Assembly: GCA_032718475.1 (NCBI GenBank) | Contig: JAUCBJ010008062.1 | Span: 1-64,000, forward strand | DNA from: Nemertoderma westbladi | Taxonomy: Eukaryota; Animalia; Xenacoelomorpha | Reading direction: 5' to 3' | DNA length: 64,000 nt | Part shown: positions 25,898-38,588 of the stretch, in pieces | Numbering within the stretch: position 1 is the first letter of the stretch | Layout: every line of letters begins with the position of its first letter | Position numbers and translations under genes: made by a program | The notes under the pieces: model-generated | The model's input: only the letters and a program-made list of their open reading frames with translations | The model's database searches: none | What the model was told of the DNA's origin: nothing

Positions 25898-28003
25898 CTA
25901 TAGTTCTACAATGACAGGCCCTAAAGTTCCCTCAATACGATTCGACACCAACTCATCCATGCCCTTATATAGAGAGACGCTGCAATCCCCGCAGATACTC
26001 CCTGGATCCAGGGTCCCAACCGAGATACCGTCGCGGATATAGACCGCGGGACGACTCAACGAGAGAACCCCCGCACCGGTAGCGCAATCCGCGTCGTGTA
26101 CCGCGTTGGGAACCCTCATACTGCATTGCGATCCGGACTGGATCCCGCTGGACAACCCGGCCCGATGGAACCGGTCACCGACTACCGCGAAACACAAAGC
26201 GAGTTTCTTATTAACAATGAGTTGTCGTTTAGCGCGAGTCGCCGCGACGTACAGCAGGTTGTACTCGTCCCTCGGAAATCCTCGCAACGACTTGATCAAC
26301 GACTCTATACGGAGTTCGCCCAACGCGATCCCGTTCCACGCGGTCTCCCTCGGGGTCTGCAGATAGTCGTCGTACAGCTGCACACAATCGAACTCCAACC
26401 CTTTAGACTTGTGGGCCGTCGTGAGGACGACGTTAGGTTTGAGTTTATCGATATCTACGATTCTACTTTCAACCTCCCGCAACAACCTAGGAAGACTCGC
26501 CCCGTATCGCTCAACCAACAACAGTTTCCACACGATGTCCTTTTCTCCGGCTTTAACTCGGTAATGCTCTGTCATTTCCTTAAGATTTTGAAACCTCTCG
26601 AATTGCCTCTTAACAAACCATTCGCGGACACGATGTCTCTCTCCTTGGACGAACCACTTACAGGCGTTTAGTAAGAATTGGGTGTCGAGGAAAGAGATCC
26701 CTCCAGGGAAACCGATAGTAACAGAAGAGCAAGACGGATCGCTTACTAAGTCAACGGCCTGGCAGAAAACGCTGAAATTACTGCGACAGATGATCGCCGT
26801 CTGTTGGGCCACTGGCGTCTCATCCGGGGATCCACATTGGTTGTAGTAGCTGAAGGGCCGAGTCCCTACCCACCCGGGTTTATTGGAGCCCAAGAGGAGT
26901 TGATCCCTGGAGGAGCTGGACTCCTCCCCCATCAGCGCCTCCCGTATCGTCTGTCCGACGTAGGCGATCGCCGGCCCGAATCGGAAGCTCTGCGTGAGAT
27001 GGAACGTGCGACTGGCGCGGATCGAGGACAGGATGTTAACGGCGCCGCGGAACCCGTAGACCTGTTGGTTGGGGTCCCCGACCAGGATCTTAGCGCATCG
27101 TTGACTCATAATGATATCACGGGCGCACGGCGAGCAGTCCTGCGCCTCGTCGACGAGAATACAACCGAAGTTGTAATCCTTACAGAGATCCGGCCTAGTC
27201 AGTTGCCACAACTTTAGATACCCATCGTGGGTTATCGCGACATCTTTGTTGTTCTTATCCGCCGCTTTCCGCCACACATCGCGACTCTCACGACAAGCCC
27301 GTTCGATATCTTCCGGTTTGAGTTTCCGACTCTTTCCGGTCTCCTCGGAATCTTCTTCTTCCGAGAACTCGAACTCTTCCGGGACGTGTTCCTTCCCGAG
27401 TTGGTCATCATCCGAAGCCATAAAGTTCTCGAGGGTTTTTATCACGAGTTTGGCGCGCGTGAATATACACCCGGATCCCTTCCCCATCTCGAGTTTATAC
27501 GCGATGGAATCGTTGCGGAAACTCCCGCACAACTTCGGTTTGGACTGCGATTTATTCCGGTATTGTTTCCCAACGTCGTTGTAAGCTAACGAGTGTAACG
27601 TCTTGCAAACAACGTTAGGAGGGAAGCTAGCACTAGCGTAGATAGCGATCGCCTTGTTGTAACAGATGTAAAGAAAGCGAATGTGAGGCCGAGATTTCGC
27701 AAACTCTCTCAGAGTTGTTGTCTTTCCTGTACCGGCGAACGCGATTATTTTAACGCACTCGCATTGCGCGAGAGACAACGGGTGCTTGATGATCCGTAAC
27801 TGTTCGTGGGTTAGCGGTAAGGGAGGGGGCGGTTGTCTGGAGGGCGATATATCCGATAGGGTACGGAAGACTGCTTGTCTGGGGGGTGGTCGCTCCATGA
27901 AGGCCTTGGTACGGGTGAGTCCTTCCTCATTCTCGTACATGTGTAACCCGTGGTAGACATTGTAATACAAGTAGAAAGGGGTGCCAAACCGCTGGTAGAA
28001 TAT
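25898..28003 (-). CDS. FBH1: F-box DNA helicase 1, exon 2 (UvrD-like helicase)
   Basis: LTHEQLRI, Walker A AFAGTGKTT, THDGYLKLWQL, VDEAQD, VGDPNQQVY, LTQSFRFG, TAHKSKGLEFD and YVAATRAK. Acceptor TTCCAG| at 28003, phase 0. Confidence 0.95.
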   Translation of the reverse strand: MFYQRFGTPFYLYYNVYHGLHMYENEEGLTRTKAFMERPPPRQAVFRTLSDISPSRQPPPPLPLTHEQLRIIKHPLSLAQCECVKIIAFAGTGKTTTLREFAKSRPHIRFLYICYNKAIAIYASASFPPNVVCKTLHSLAYNDVGKQYRNKSQSKPKLCGSFRNDSIAYKLEMGKGSGCIFTRAKLVIKTLENFMASDDDQLGKEHVPEEFEFSEEEDSEETGKSRKLKPEDIERACRESRDVWRKAADKNNKDVAITHDGYLKLWQLTRPDLCKDYNFGCILVDEAQDCSPCARDIIMSQRCAKILVGDPNQQVYGFRGAVNILSSIRASRTFHLTQSFRFGPAIAYVGQTIREALMGEESSSSRDQLLLGSNKPGWVGTRPFSYYNQCGSPDETPVAQQTAIICRSNFSVFCQAVDLVSDPSCSSVTIGFPGGISFLDTQFLLNACKWFVQGERHRVREWFVKRQFERFQNLKEMTEHYRVKAGEKDIVWKLLLVERYGASLPRLLREVESRIVDIDKLKPNVVLTTAHKSKGLEFDCVQLYDDYLQTPRETAWNGIALGELRIESLIKSLRGFPRDEYNLLYVAATRAKRQLIVNKKLALCFAVVGDRFHRAGLSSGIQSGSQCSMRVPNAVHDADCATGAGVLSLSRPAVYIRDGISVGTLDPGSICGDCSVSLYKGMDELVSNRIEGTLGPVIVEL

Positions 28004-28490
28004 CTGGAATGGTAAAATTTCACCAAAATTGTATAAGTATCTATTAATCAAATCTAAAGACGTGCGTGCGTTATTAGATTAATAACTGTTAGATCTGATG
28101 AACTCCTATCGGAAATAACCATCAATGGGAAGTGGTATGATTTCACTTCCTTAATTATTAATTAAAAATTGATAATTAACCCACCATATTAATTCCTAAT
28201 TAAATCTTTAAATTCTCCCAGCTGGGATTAATGCAGTAATGTCATTCTAACTTTTAGTGAGTTAATGCAAATTACAATATTAAATTAATATTGACATTAT
28301 TTTAAGCCGTCAACATAATAAATAAATAATTAATTGTTGAAGAATGTTATGTTTATGCAGGATGACATTAAACAAAGCTTCGTGTTTAACATGCAGGGTA
28401 AATGGGGTCGAACTCTGGACCTCTGATTTGGCAGCTTACTCAACCAATATTTCTTTGCTACCGGTAGAAATAATAAAATATGCGACTTAC

Positions 28491-29414
28491 CTGTAAGTGT
28501 GTAGCTACACAATATAAAGCTTCCACTATGTATATAATCAGACATTGTGTTTGACACAAAGTAATTAAACGCCTAACGGATTGAGCATCTGGAGACAGAA
28601 TCGCCAAACAGGCGACCAACGAACCAACACTCAGCACGGCATCGCTATCAGACACTTTACGCAGACAGGCCTCCGCCAACGGAAACTGACGGTGGAGTTT
28701 CAGCTGGGAAATAATGTCATCAGAATTCGAAGGTTCGTGAATATTTCTGAAGGTTTTCATTTTCTTTATTAGTTGGATAAGACAATCAGCGCTTGTGATT
28801 CCATCACTGTCGATATCTTCTGTTAAGGTTTCTTTGCATTCTAGAACGAGTCTCGCTACATCCGATTGATTATCGACTGTAAACTGTTGAGATTCCACCC
28901 TAATATCGTCTCGATTACAAACCTTAACCATATAGAAAGTTCTCTTCCACGGGAGAAATGTCTTGCCCATTATTATACCATTGAACCTTTTGCAACAGCA
29001 AGTTACATTCAAATATAGATCGAACGCGGGTACCATCGCAAATATGTTCTCTAACACTTCTAGAGGGAGGAAGGAATAGTCGTAGGTCGGTACACATTGT
29101 GAAAGGACTGTTTCTGATTCAGTTTCGAGGAACAATGATTTCGCAACGAGTTCCACATTCGGACTGTTGTAAAGCTGGGAGGGACATTCGCCTATTGCTA
29201 TTGGCGGTGGTGTGGGGGTGATGAAGGCCGCATAAGGGCTGTTCTCTATGGCGGAAATAAACTCATCGTCTGATGATTCGGCAGAAAACGAGGACACTTG
29301 AGTGAAGGATTTAGATCGTTTTATAATGTCGCGATCAAGATCAACCGATACGCAATCACTAGAACAGTTAGTAGAAGTAATTGGAGATGAATTTGCTTCA
29401 TGGGATCGTTTCAT
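28491..29414 (-). CDS. FBH1: F-box DNA helicase 1, exon 1 (F-box)
   Basis: F-box FLPLEVLENIFAMVPAFDLYLNVTCCCKRFNGII...FLPWKR. Donor CAG|GTAAGT at 28491, phase 0; joins exon 2 to give ~1009 aa. Confidence 0.92.
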
Positions 29415-29649
29415 ATCTCTAAGATAGACCCTGTGTGGGGTACCGGTACTGCCAGTACAGGTATTGGTATTGGTATTGGTTTAATGGTGCTCAAAGTATA
29501 ACATTAAAAGGAACATTAAAATAACACAATTATTAAATAACAACAAACATTACATAAGGAACAATAAGGAACATAAGGAACAATATCAAAACTGAAACTG
29601 AAGTTATGTTATTATAAATTTGACGCTATAAAAATGTTATTATGTATTA

Positions 29650-32600
29650 TAGTTATTACTCAATCAGAATGCTTATAATAAATACATTGCGCACCGGGGA
29701 TAGCCCCTTAAGGCGAGCCTTGTTTCCGAGAGGGTCCCCGTGGTTAGTTCAATGGGTAAATTATACAGTATAATAAAGATTCGGCGTCATGTATAAAACA
29801 ATAAAAAAATAAATAAATGAGGTTTCAGGTGTATGAATAATTAAAATATTACATTCTTTAGAACTATGATAAGTATTAAAAAAAAAAAGAATAGTTTATT
29901 AATATTTACATTAATGCATAAAATTTTTAAAAAGCCATCCTCATGTGCGTACGTAGATTAAAATATTTGGTAAAATTTACCATTGAAGTGTAGTAGCTTC
30001 AGTAAAAATTAAAATCAGTATTTCTCCCCTTAAATATCTCTTGCAAAATAAAAAAATGGGGATGCTTTGTACAAAAATTAAAACTTGTTATGATTAGTTA
30101 TTTTAGAGTTATGAGATGTAATAGTTCATTAATAGTATAAAAAAAAATTAAACGCTAATAATTAGTAAAAAGTATAATTAAAATCAGTGTATTGTCAATC
30201 GAGCGAGCGTAGGTAATGCGATTTTACTGCATGTTTGAATGCCTCGACAGATACTGACTCGGTTACGTGGCGCGGCAGGCTATTCCAGATCGCTGGGCCC
30301 TTATAGTCAAAGGAGAGCTGGCCAAATGCGGTGTTTTTCTGTGGGATGACCGCTTTAGTTTGGGGGGCGCGCGTGTCACGTGTGGATGAGGAGAAGTCCA
30401 CCATTTCCTGTATATAGCTCGGGGTGACGTTATGGTGAGTTTTGTACATGATAGTTGCCAGGTTTTGTTTAATTCGTAGTTTAATGGGTAGCCAGTTAAT
30501 TTCTCGAAAGTGTGAATTGTCGATGTGGGTGCGATTGTCCAGTCCCAGGCAATACCGGATACATTTCCGTTGTAGGGCCTCCAGTTTGTTTCTCCATAGG
30601 ATACTAATAGATTGGAACCACACTGGTGATGCATAGTCCATTAGTGGTTGTATTAATGCATTGCATAGTAGGCGGCGTGTATTGTAGTCTAGTACACCGG
30701 CAAATCGCCACAGGAACTTTAACCGAGAGTTGCCTTTCTTTATTATTGTTGCAACCATCGATTCACTGTTTAGAGTTTTATCTAATTTGCAACCGAGGTA
30801 GTTGACCGAGTCCCTGTTCGCTATTGCTTTCCCATTGCATGTCACATTTAGTGGTTCGTTTATGGCTAAACGTTGTGCTGTTCCAAATAGGATACTTTCG
30901 GTTTTACCTAAATGGAGAGTTACGCGGTTGTCTATGAGCCATGCTTGGGTGCATTCTAGATTCCGTGTTAGTGATTCCGATATGGTTCTTGAGTCTGAGC
31001 CAGGGACTAAGTGCGATATGTCGTCTGCGAACATCGGGGTGGGGCAATCAACGGCTTGGTCCGAGTCATTGGTGTGTGAGAGGAAAAGTAGGATCGCTAA
31101 GAGAGTTCCTTGTGGTAAACCGTCATCCAGCGTGCGTTGATCTGAGTCAACCCCCTGTATGGTTACAACTTGGGATCTGCTTGATAGATAGGATTCAAGC
31201 CACGCTATTGCTTTGTTGTCAAAGCCCATGTATTTCAGTTTCATCAATAGTATGTTGCGATTCACCGTATCATAAGCTTTCTTGAGGTCTATTAACACCA
31301 TCCCTGTTAACTGGCCACCATCTGCTGCTGATCGGATGACAGTGTCTATAAATATCAAGCATGTTTCCGTTGAATAGCCTTTACGAAAGGCACTTTGAAG
31401 TGCAGATATGATAGAGTTTGATATCAAGTAATGGTACATCTGATCGTAGATTACTTTTTCTATAATCTTGGAGAGAATAGGTAGTAGAGACACTGGTCTG
31501 AAGTTTTCACGTTGAGTTTGTGTGCCCCTTTTATAGATTGGTGCCACTTTGGCTAGTTTCATAGCTGAGGGAAATTTACATGTTGTTATGGAGATATTTA
31601 TAATGTGAGTAATTGCTTTTGTCAGCTCAGTGGAACAGTCCTTATATATTTTTGCTGGTATACCATCAATGCCGGGACTTTTATCGGGATTAAGGTCGCA
31701 TAAGATACGAGAAACCACATCCTCTTCAGTTTGTTTTAGAGTAAAGCTATCTTTAGTTATTCCCTTAGATTCATAGTATCTGGCAACTGCAGCCTCACCA
31801 AAGCGACCTGTAGGTGGTGGTAATTTGGTTTCCAATTCATTAGCAACACCAGTGAAGTATTCGTTAAACGCATCAGCTATTTGTCTAGGGTCAGAAACTA
31901 GTTCGGTTCCATTATTGATTGTAAGTGGTCCATTTGATTGGCCTTTCTTTGATGGTAAGCCGAGGTTTTTGAGGGTCTTCCATAATTGTTTAGAGTTAGT
32001 TCTGTTCTCCTTAATTTGTTCTCGTATGTATGTCTGTTTAGTTTCCTTTATGAGTTTGGTGGTGTCATTCCTGATTCTCTTGTAATTTGTTTCATTTTCT
32101 TCAGTGCGATATTTTCTTGCTGTGGTTAAGGCTTTATTCCTCATAGTTATAGTGTGTAGAAGATTTGGAGTTAGCCAGGGTTCGGTATGAGTTTTGATTC
32201 TGATATCCCGTTTCGGTGCTATAGTGTTGAGGATATTTAAAATCTCGGAGTTTAGAATGTCCACGGCTTCATCCACGTCATTTATATTGCCAATGTTGTT
32301 AATTTTACTATTGTTCACAATCATTTCCTTTAGTTTTGGTATGGAGTAGTCTCTGTATGTTCTAGCTCGGATTATTTTTGGTATGTATTTATGGTTTTTA
32401 ATTTTCTTCCTGGTGACATATACGATGTAATGATCACTAATGCCGACTTCTATTACTCCAGATGCTGTAACTTTATTTTCCAGTGCTGAAGTATAAATGT
32501 GATCGATAATGGTAGAAGATATCTCAGTAACACGGGTTGGGTCCTTGATTATTTGTTTAAGTCCAGTAGAGGCACAGAATGAGTCAACTATGTTTTTATT

Positions 32601-32990
32601 GCTTCGGTCATTACTAGATATGTCTGCATTGACGTCTCCAAGGATATAAATTTCTTTATGGTTAGATACCGTTCCAATAAAAGATTCTAAGGATTTGAAG
32701 AATTGAGTTATAGATGACTCTGGAGGTCGATATACCGATCCAATGAGGATTTCTTTGGTGTAGGGCATAATGAGAGTTCCAAATACCCCTTCAATATCCA
32801 TTTGATTCAGTGAAATGCAGGCATTAAATACCAAATCGTCTCTAGTATATATTGCAACCCCTCCCCATCCATTCTCATTTCTATCCTTCCTGGTAATTTT
32901 ATACCCTATGATTTCGACTTCTTTGTCAGATACTGAGTCATCCAACCACGTTTCAGATACAGTTAGTATGTGTATTCGAGTTAGCAGTAG
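29650..32990 (-). mobile_element. Non-LTR retrotransposon (CR1/L2-group LINE), 5'-truncated; APE-RT ORF 30195-32996 without stops, plus 3' UTR
   Basis: APE motifs SETWL, GGVAIY, VYRPP, GDVN, IDHIY and SDH; RT motifs KSPGIDGI, FRPVSLL, QSAFRKGYST, IDLKKAYDTV, GLPQG, FADD and YLG. 3' UTR stem-loop at 29694-29739. Confidence 0.95.
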
Positions 32991-33601
32991 GCACAACCGT
33001 GCCGTATTATTATTAGGCCCCTACTGTATTATGTAATTAATTCCTTACATCTCACAGTCTCATGCCGACATGAATAAGTAGTAGTAGTATTAACTGTACC
33101 CAATTAAGGGTCTACTTAAAATTGCACAACTCCAGTATACTATAAGCCTACAGTACTTAAATTAAAATTAGACTAGACATGAATTTATACATTATTAAAT
33201 ACAATTACCGGATTATAATATAACAGAATGGCCCAGCAGAGCAAATATAAACAATAAACCGTTCGTTCAACCATTATTATACAATAATTTTTATTTCCGT
33301 TTAAATCACTCATGATGTCCTTTTTTTTACTTTTTATGTCCTCCAGAAATTTACCGTTAGGTTCCATGCTACCGGTTCCATTTCTACTGCTGTTCTCTCA
33401 GGCTATCACTGTCTGACTGTATCAGTACCGGCACCGGTATTAGTATACAGTATAGAGCACTATTTTGCAGTATTGCTGTATTGTATGTACAGATGTAGGT
33501 ATAAAGCAGGTATTTTAGGTATTTTAGTACCGGTACCGGCACCGGTACTGCTGTAGGCCTACCATTTAAATACGGTAATGGTAGGCCTACCGGCTGACCG
33601 G

Positions 33602-34544
33602 TGTCACAAGGAAATCAGCCCCCCCCCCCCCCCCCCCTAGAATATGCCCCCCGGGGCATTATTTCCTAGGATATTATGTCCCCCCGGGCAATTTTTCCTA
33701 GGAAATTTAGCCCGGGGGGCATTTTCTCCTTAGGAAATAATGCCTCCCCTCAGGAAAATTAGCCCCCCTCAAAACAGCAAAAGTCTGAAAACTGGTACGA
33801 TACCGGTCTGCTGGTAGCCACTTTTAATCTACCAACTGCAGAACTTGTAATAGTTGAAAGAATAGTACGGTACCGGTCTGCCGGTAGGTAAGCAGGTAAG
33901 GCAGTAAGGGATGTAGATTGTAGAACAGCATACTGAAGTATCTAAGTCAGTAGGCTACTGTAGTAAAGTACTGGTATAACAGCAGTGCGAGTGTGTGGTG
34001 TTGTGTGGGCGCCGAGCAGCTCCAAGCTTTTTTTAAGTCTGTAACCTGCTCCTTTCCCTGATTTGGTAAAGTGATTGTTTATTGTTTTGGTTAGAAAATC
34101 CCGCCTCTGTAACCTGCTCCTTTCTCTCAATTGGTAATGTTATCGTTTATTGTTTTGGTTAGAAAATCCCGTCTCTGTAACCTGCTCCTTTCCCTGATTT
34201 GCTAAAGTGACTGTTTATTGTTTTGGTTAGAAAATCCCGCCTCTGTAACCTGCTCCTTTCCCTCAATTAGTTAAATGATCGTTTATTGTTTTGGTTAGAA
34301 AGGCATGCCTCTGTAACCTGCTCCTTTCCTTCATTTGGTAAAGTGACTGTTTATTGTTTTGTATAATTTTTGTAAGTTTTAGTAGTAATAAGTTTTGTTT
34401 ATTGTATAATTCAGGGGGGGCATAATTTCCTAAGGGGGGGCATTTTTTCCTAGGGAAATTTGCCCGGGGGGGGCATTTTTTCCTAGGAAAATATGCCCCC
34501 CCTGGCACATTTCCCGGGGGGGGGGGGCATATTTTCCTGTTACA
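33602..34544. mobile_element. Non-autonomous Ginger1-like DNA transposon
   Basis: CCGG|TGTCACAAGGAAA ... TTTCCTGTTACA|CCGG. Imperfect TIRs of ~150 bp built of CCTAGGAAA/GCCCCC modules. TGT...ACA ends with a CCGG TSD are the Ginger1 signature. Confidence 0.75.
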
Positions 34545-35262
34545 CCGGTTTGAATTTAATTGACCGGTTGAATTTGTCGAGTAATTATTAATTTATTTAA
34601 TTTGATGCGTAATTACTGTACATTGTATTGATTTAATTTGACAGGTGAAGAAATTGTATTAATTTTATTTGAAATATAATTTAATTGAATTTATGTAATT
34701 TGAAATGTAAATCAATGATGCTGTCTCTTTAAGCTGTCCCATTCCCTCAATGTTCATGTCATAGTTTATTGTTATGTTCATGACAATTATTGTTTTGGTT
34801 AGAAAATCCCGCCTCTGTAACCTGCTCCTTTCCCTGAATTGGTAAAGTGACCGGTTTATTGTTTTGGTTAGAAAAGCCCGCCTCTGTAACCTGATCCTTT
34901 CCTTCATTTTGTAAAGTGACTGTTTATTGTTTTGGTTAGAAAATCCAGCCTCTGTAAGCTGCCCCTTTCTCTCAATTAGTTAAATGATCGTTTATTGTTT
35001 TGGTTAGAAAATCCCGCCTCTGTAACATGCTCCTTTCCCTCAATTAGTTAAGTGATCGTTTTATTGTTTTGGTTAGAAAATCCCGCCTATGTAACCTGAT
35101 CCTTTCTCTCAATTAGTTAAGTGATCGTTTATTGTTTTGGTTAGGAAATCCCACCTTTGTAACCTGCTCCTTTCTCTCAATTAGTAATGTTATCGTTTAT
35201 TGTTTTGGTTTGAAAAGACCATTTATGTAACCTGCTCCTTTCCTTCATTTGGTAAAGTGAGT
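34038..35262 (+). repeat. 68-bp tandem repeat (GTTTATTGTTTTGGTTAGAAAATCCCGCCTCTGTAACCTGCTCCTTTC...), two blocks 34038-34360 and 34788-35262
   Basis: Directly visible; period 68 bp. Confidence 0.92.
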
Positions 35263-35749
35263 GTTTTTTCTACGTCATGTGGTAATCGATTATCGACAAC
35301 AACCACAAACTATTAAATTTAGAGTCTTTTACCACAGGCGCATATGGAAATATATCTCATAGTCTATAAATCATGGAATTTGGAATGTTTTGGCACAGGC
35401 ATAGTGAAACCAACTGTCCGACAGACCAGAAATCAACAAATTTTGAATGTTTTGGCATAGGCATGTTGAAATCAACTGTCTGATAGTCCAGAAATCATCA
35501 GTCTGACAGTTTGAAGAAATACATACATAAAAAGTCATTAAAGGACAACAAAAGTCATTAAAGGGACAACAAAAGTCATTATGCACAATTCGTAAAAAAA
35601 GGATGACAAAAAAGTCAAATAAAAGGACATAAAAAATCACTGCCTTAGAAACATGAACAAGCCAATAGGAGGACTCCAAACTGCCAAACCATTTCTTAGT
35701 AAAGTTAATAATATATTATTGATTGGTCGATGATGTATGTCAGGGTTCC

Positions 35750-36849
35750 GGGTAAATCTTTTCGACCTACGCGTAGGCCTACGCGTAGCTACGCGTAGCT
35801 ACGCGTAGCTACGCGTAGTTTGTAACTTCCATTCCTGTCATTTACCGGTAGGGCCAGACTTACTGCCTTTTTAACAACTACGCGTAGGTGTTTTAAAACT
35901 ACGCGTAGTTATTTTGGAACTACGCATAGGTATTTTGAAACTACGCGTAGGTGCTACGCGTAGCAGTCCTGATAACAATGATTTTTCATTTCAGGTCCGG
36001 TAGGGTTGAGTTGTTAGGCAAGTATCGGTATACGTCAGGTATCTGATTATCAGACAAATGTAATAACAGAATCGGAAACTCATATCTCTACATACAGCAC
36101 TGGTAATAAATAATATTCGGCTCTTTCACATACAAACACAGAGGATGAATAAAAAGTAAACTTAAAATTCACGTCTCATGATTCAAGTATCTTTGTTTCC
36201 ATTGGATTATTTAAATATTGAACAGTAGTAAATAAAGCGACCAGTCTACCGGTGAAGAGGTTAAGCGAAAGCTGATAAATACTGCATATAATCAAATTGT
36301 TTGGTCAAATAACAAGTGCAACCAATCATGGTAGACAATTTAGTCTCCCCCTTCCCTTGTCAAGGGGTTAACATATTAAATACGGTATATCCTTGCCGTA
36401 TCGTGAACAAAGGCAATAAAAAGCATAGAGAATTGATAAGAACCAACGGCCTATTTCCTTTGTAAACTATTTTTGAACTCTAAACATTAATTATTAACAC
36501 ATTTTACCGCCCGCAACGCATGAAGTGAAGAATATGTAGTCTTCGCGTATTCCTCTATATAGAGTATACAGGTATAGGATACATTACTGTTGAAAGCATT
36601 TGATGGTTGTGGGTTGTTTATTGAACATACCGTATTGTGTCTTATTTTAGTACTGACTCGCTTGGCCTACGTAAGCCTAATAATGATAAACGACGTATAG
36701 GCATAGTTATGGGTAGCACCTATGCGTAGGTCGCGTAGGACCTACGCGTAGCTACGCGTAGCACCTACGCGTAGTTATTGTTAAAACTCTTAAACTGGTG
36801 ATATATGACCCAATGTTGCGAACTACGCGTAGGTCGAAAAGATTTACCC
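35750..36849. mobile_element. Non-autonomous TIR element with 8-bp TSD (Merlin- or MULE-like)
   Basis: TIR GGGTAAATCTTTTCGACCTACGCGTAG at both ends; AGGGTTCC duplicated at 35742-35749 and 36850-36857; many subterminal CTACGCGTAG palindromes. Confidence 0.85.
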
Positions 36850-36927
36850 AGGGTTCCCGCTATCTGCTGATCAGTCCAGCAGTCTGGTCAGACAGTAGCA
36901 CAGTACTGCAGTACAGCAGTAATAACT

Positions 36928-38588
36928 GGGTACATCTTTTGCGTAGAGCATAGAGGTATAGCCTACATAGAGGCTTCATGTAGGTATGTGTAGCCTACAT
37001 GTAGATGCACGTGTAGGGTGAATGTAGGTAGGTGTAGTCCCATAGATATTAATGTAATTTATGTGTCAACTTGCAGTAACGTGATACACGGTCGTCAATC
37101 AGGATGTATGGCAATAATCTCTGATCTCCACGGTACAATACGGTACATCAACGTGCAGACCTGTCTGCTGTCAGACAACAGGTTTTACTGCATACTACAG
37201 TACTGTATAAATATCAAACATCGCGTTCTGATTATACTAAAGTCCCTTACTCGTCATAAATATTATGCCCTAATAAATTTGAGTATGCTAACGCCACGAA
37301 AGGCATCGTTCCATTAGATTAACTCGTTCTGATTTATATGTTTATTAAGTAAGAGTAACCTAAACAAGAACAGCCATCATCGCGGGGACTATAGTCTACC
37401 AGAAACCCTGACCCCCCTCTGCCCCTCTTTATCTGTTTATCAACCATACATCCATGGGACTTGAACAGTACTTCAGCATTGAAATGTTTTGGACGTTTTG
37501 TTTTGAAAGTAAAAATATAGAAGTCTGGAAGTTTTGTTTGTTTTAATTTTTCAGGCAGTCACATTCCACCAACCAGCAACAGTCCCATCCCTTCCCACTA
37601 TCCCGCGGACCACCACACTGTTTCATTATAAAGTATTCCCATCTCGATGATGGGAATTAATCAGTAATCCGATGGGATTCAAATCCCACCTCGAAGTAAC
37701 AGCAAAACAATAAACACGAAAGTCAATAGCTTTACAGTTATATTTGTTTGCATTGAAAGTTAATAGAAAGAAGAAGTTAAATTGCATATCCATTAAAATA
37801 TCATGAAATTGATACGGCAGTTTAGTAGATTAAAACGGCCACAGCAAGATTTATAAAATGAAAAATAAGTAAAATCAGCACACAATATTATCAATATAGA
37901 CATTGAAGACAATTTAATAAACAAATACTATACAAAAATATCTACTAACAATCAATACATGATATATATAATATATATACATCGGCGAGGGCGACTACCA
38001 TCGCCACTCTGGTTCAATCAGTCAGTCCGATATCATTGTTAGCGTTTTGTTGAATTACCCACTCATCCTCAGACCCTCATGGACACCGACGACGAGCTCT
38101 AACCGTAACCGTTAGTCGATTCTTCCTTGACTGGAAACATCAGGTTCGGGCCGTTCGGCCCATACAAAGTCATTAGCCTCCATGCCTGAACCCGCAGGAT
38201 CATAAGATCTACAGTATGTATCGGTATATCGTTCAGTCGTTTTTTCCTTTGTCAGTACTGTAGTATTGATAGGCTCCGTCTCGTGGGTATTCAGGGGACC
38301 CCCATTCGACGTATTCGCATCTCCTCCTGGTTGTTTCGGGTACCACCGCCCGCCATATGCGCATCTCTTCGTGGTTGTTCCGGGTACCACCCCCGTTCGC
38401 CGCATTCGCATCTCATCGAGGAAGTTCGGGTCCGGGTACCCCGTGTAGGCCTATTCATTCATCATTGTTGTTTTTAAAGACCTACCTACACCTACCTACA
38501 TTCACCCTACACGTGCATCTACATGTAGGCTACACATACCTACATGTAGCCTCTATGTAGGCTATACCTCTACGCAAAAGTTATACCC
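36928..38588. mobile_element. Related TIR element (~110-bp TIRs beginning GGGTA.A.CTTTTGCGTAG)
   Basis: 36928-37037 is the reverse complement of 38485-38588. No TSD recognisable. Confidence 0.7.

Noticed and set aside
26096-27589. Plus-strand ORFs of 86-191 aa
   Set aside because: Antisense shadows of the GC-richer FBH1 coding exon.
25898-29414. Separate bacterial-type UvrD helicase and F-box genes, or horizontal transfer
   Set aside because: A canonical GT-AG phase-0 intron joins them into an ordinary FBH1.
30263-33036. Small overlapping ORFs within the LINE
   Set aside because: Alternative-frame or antisense shadows of the APE-RT ORF.
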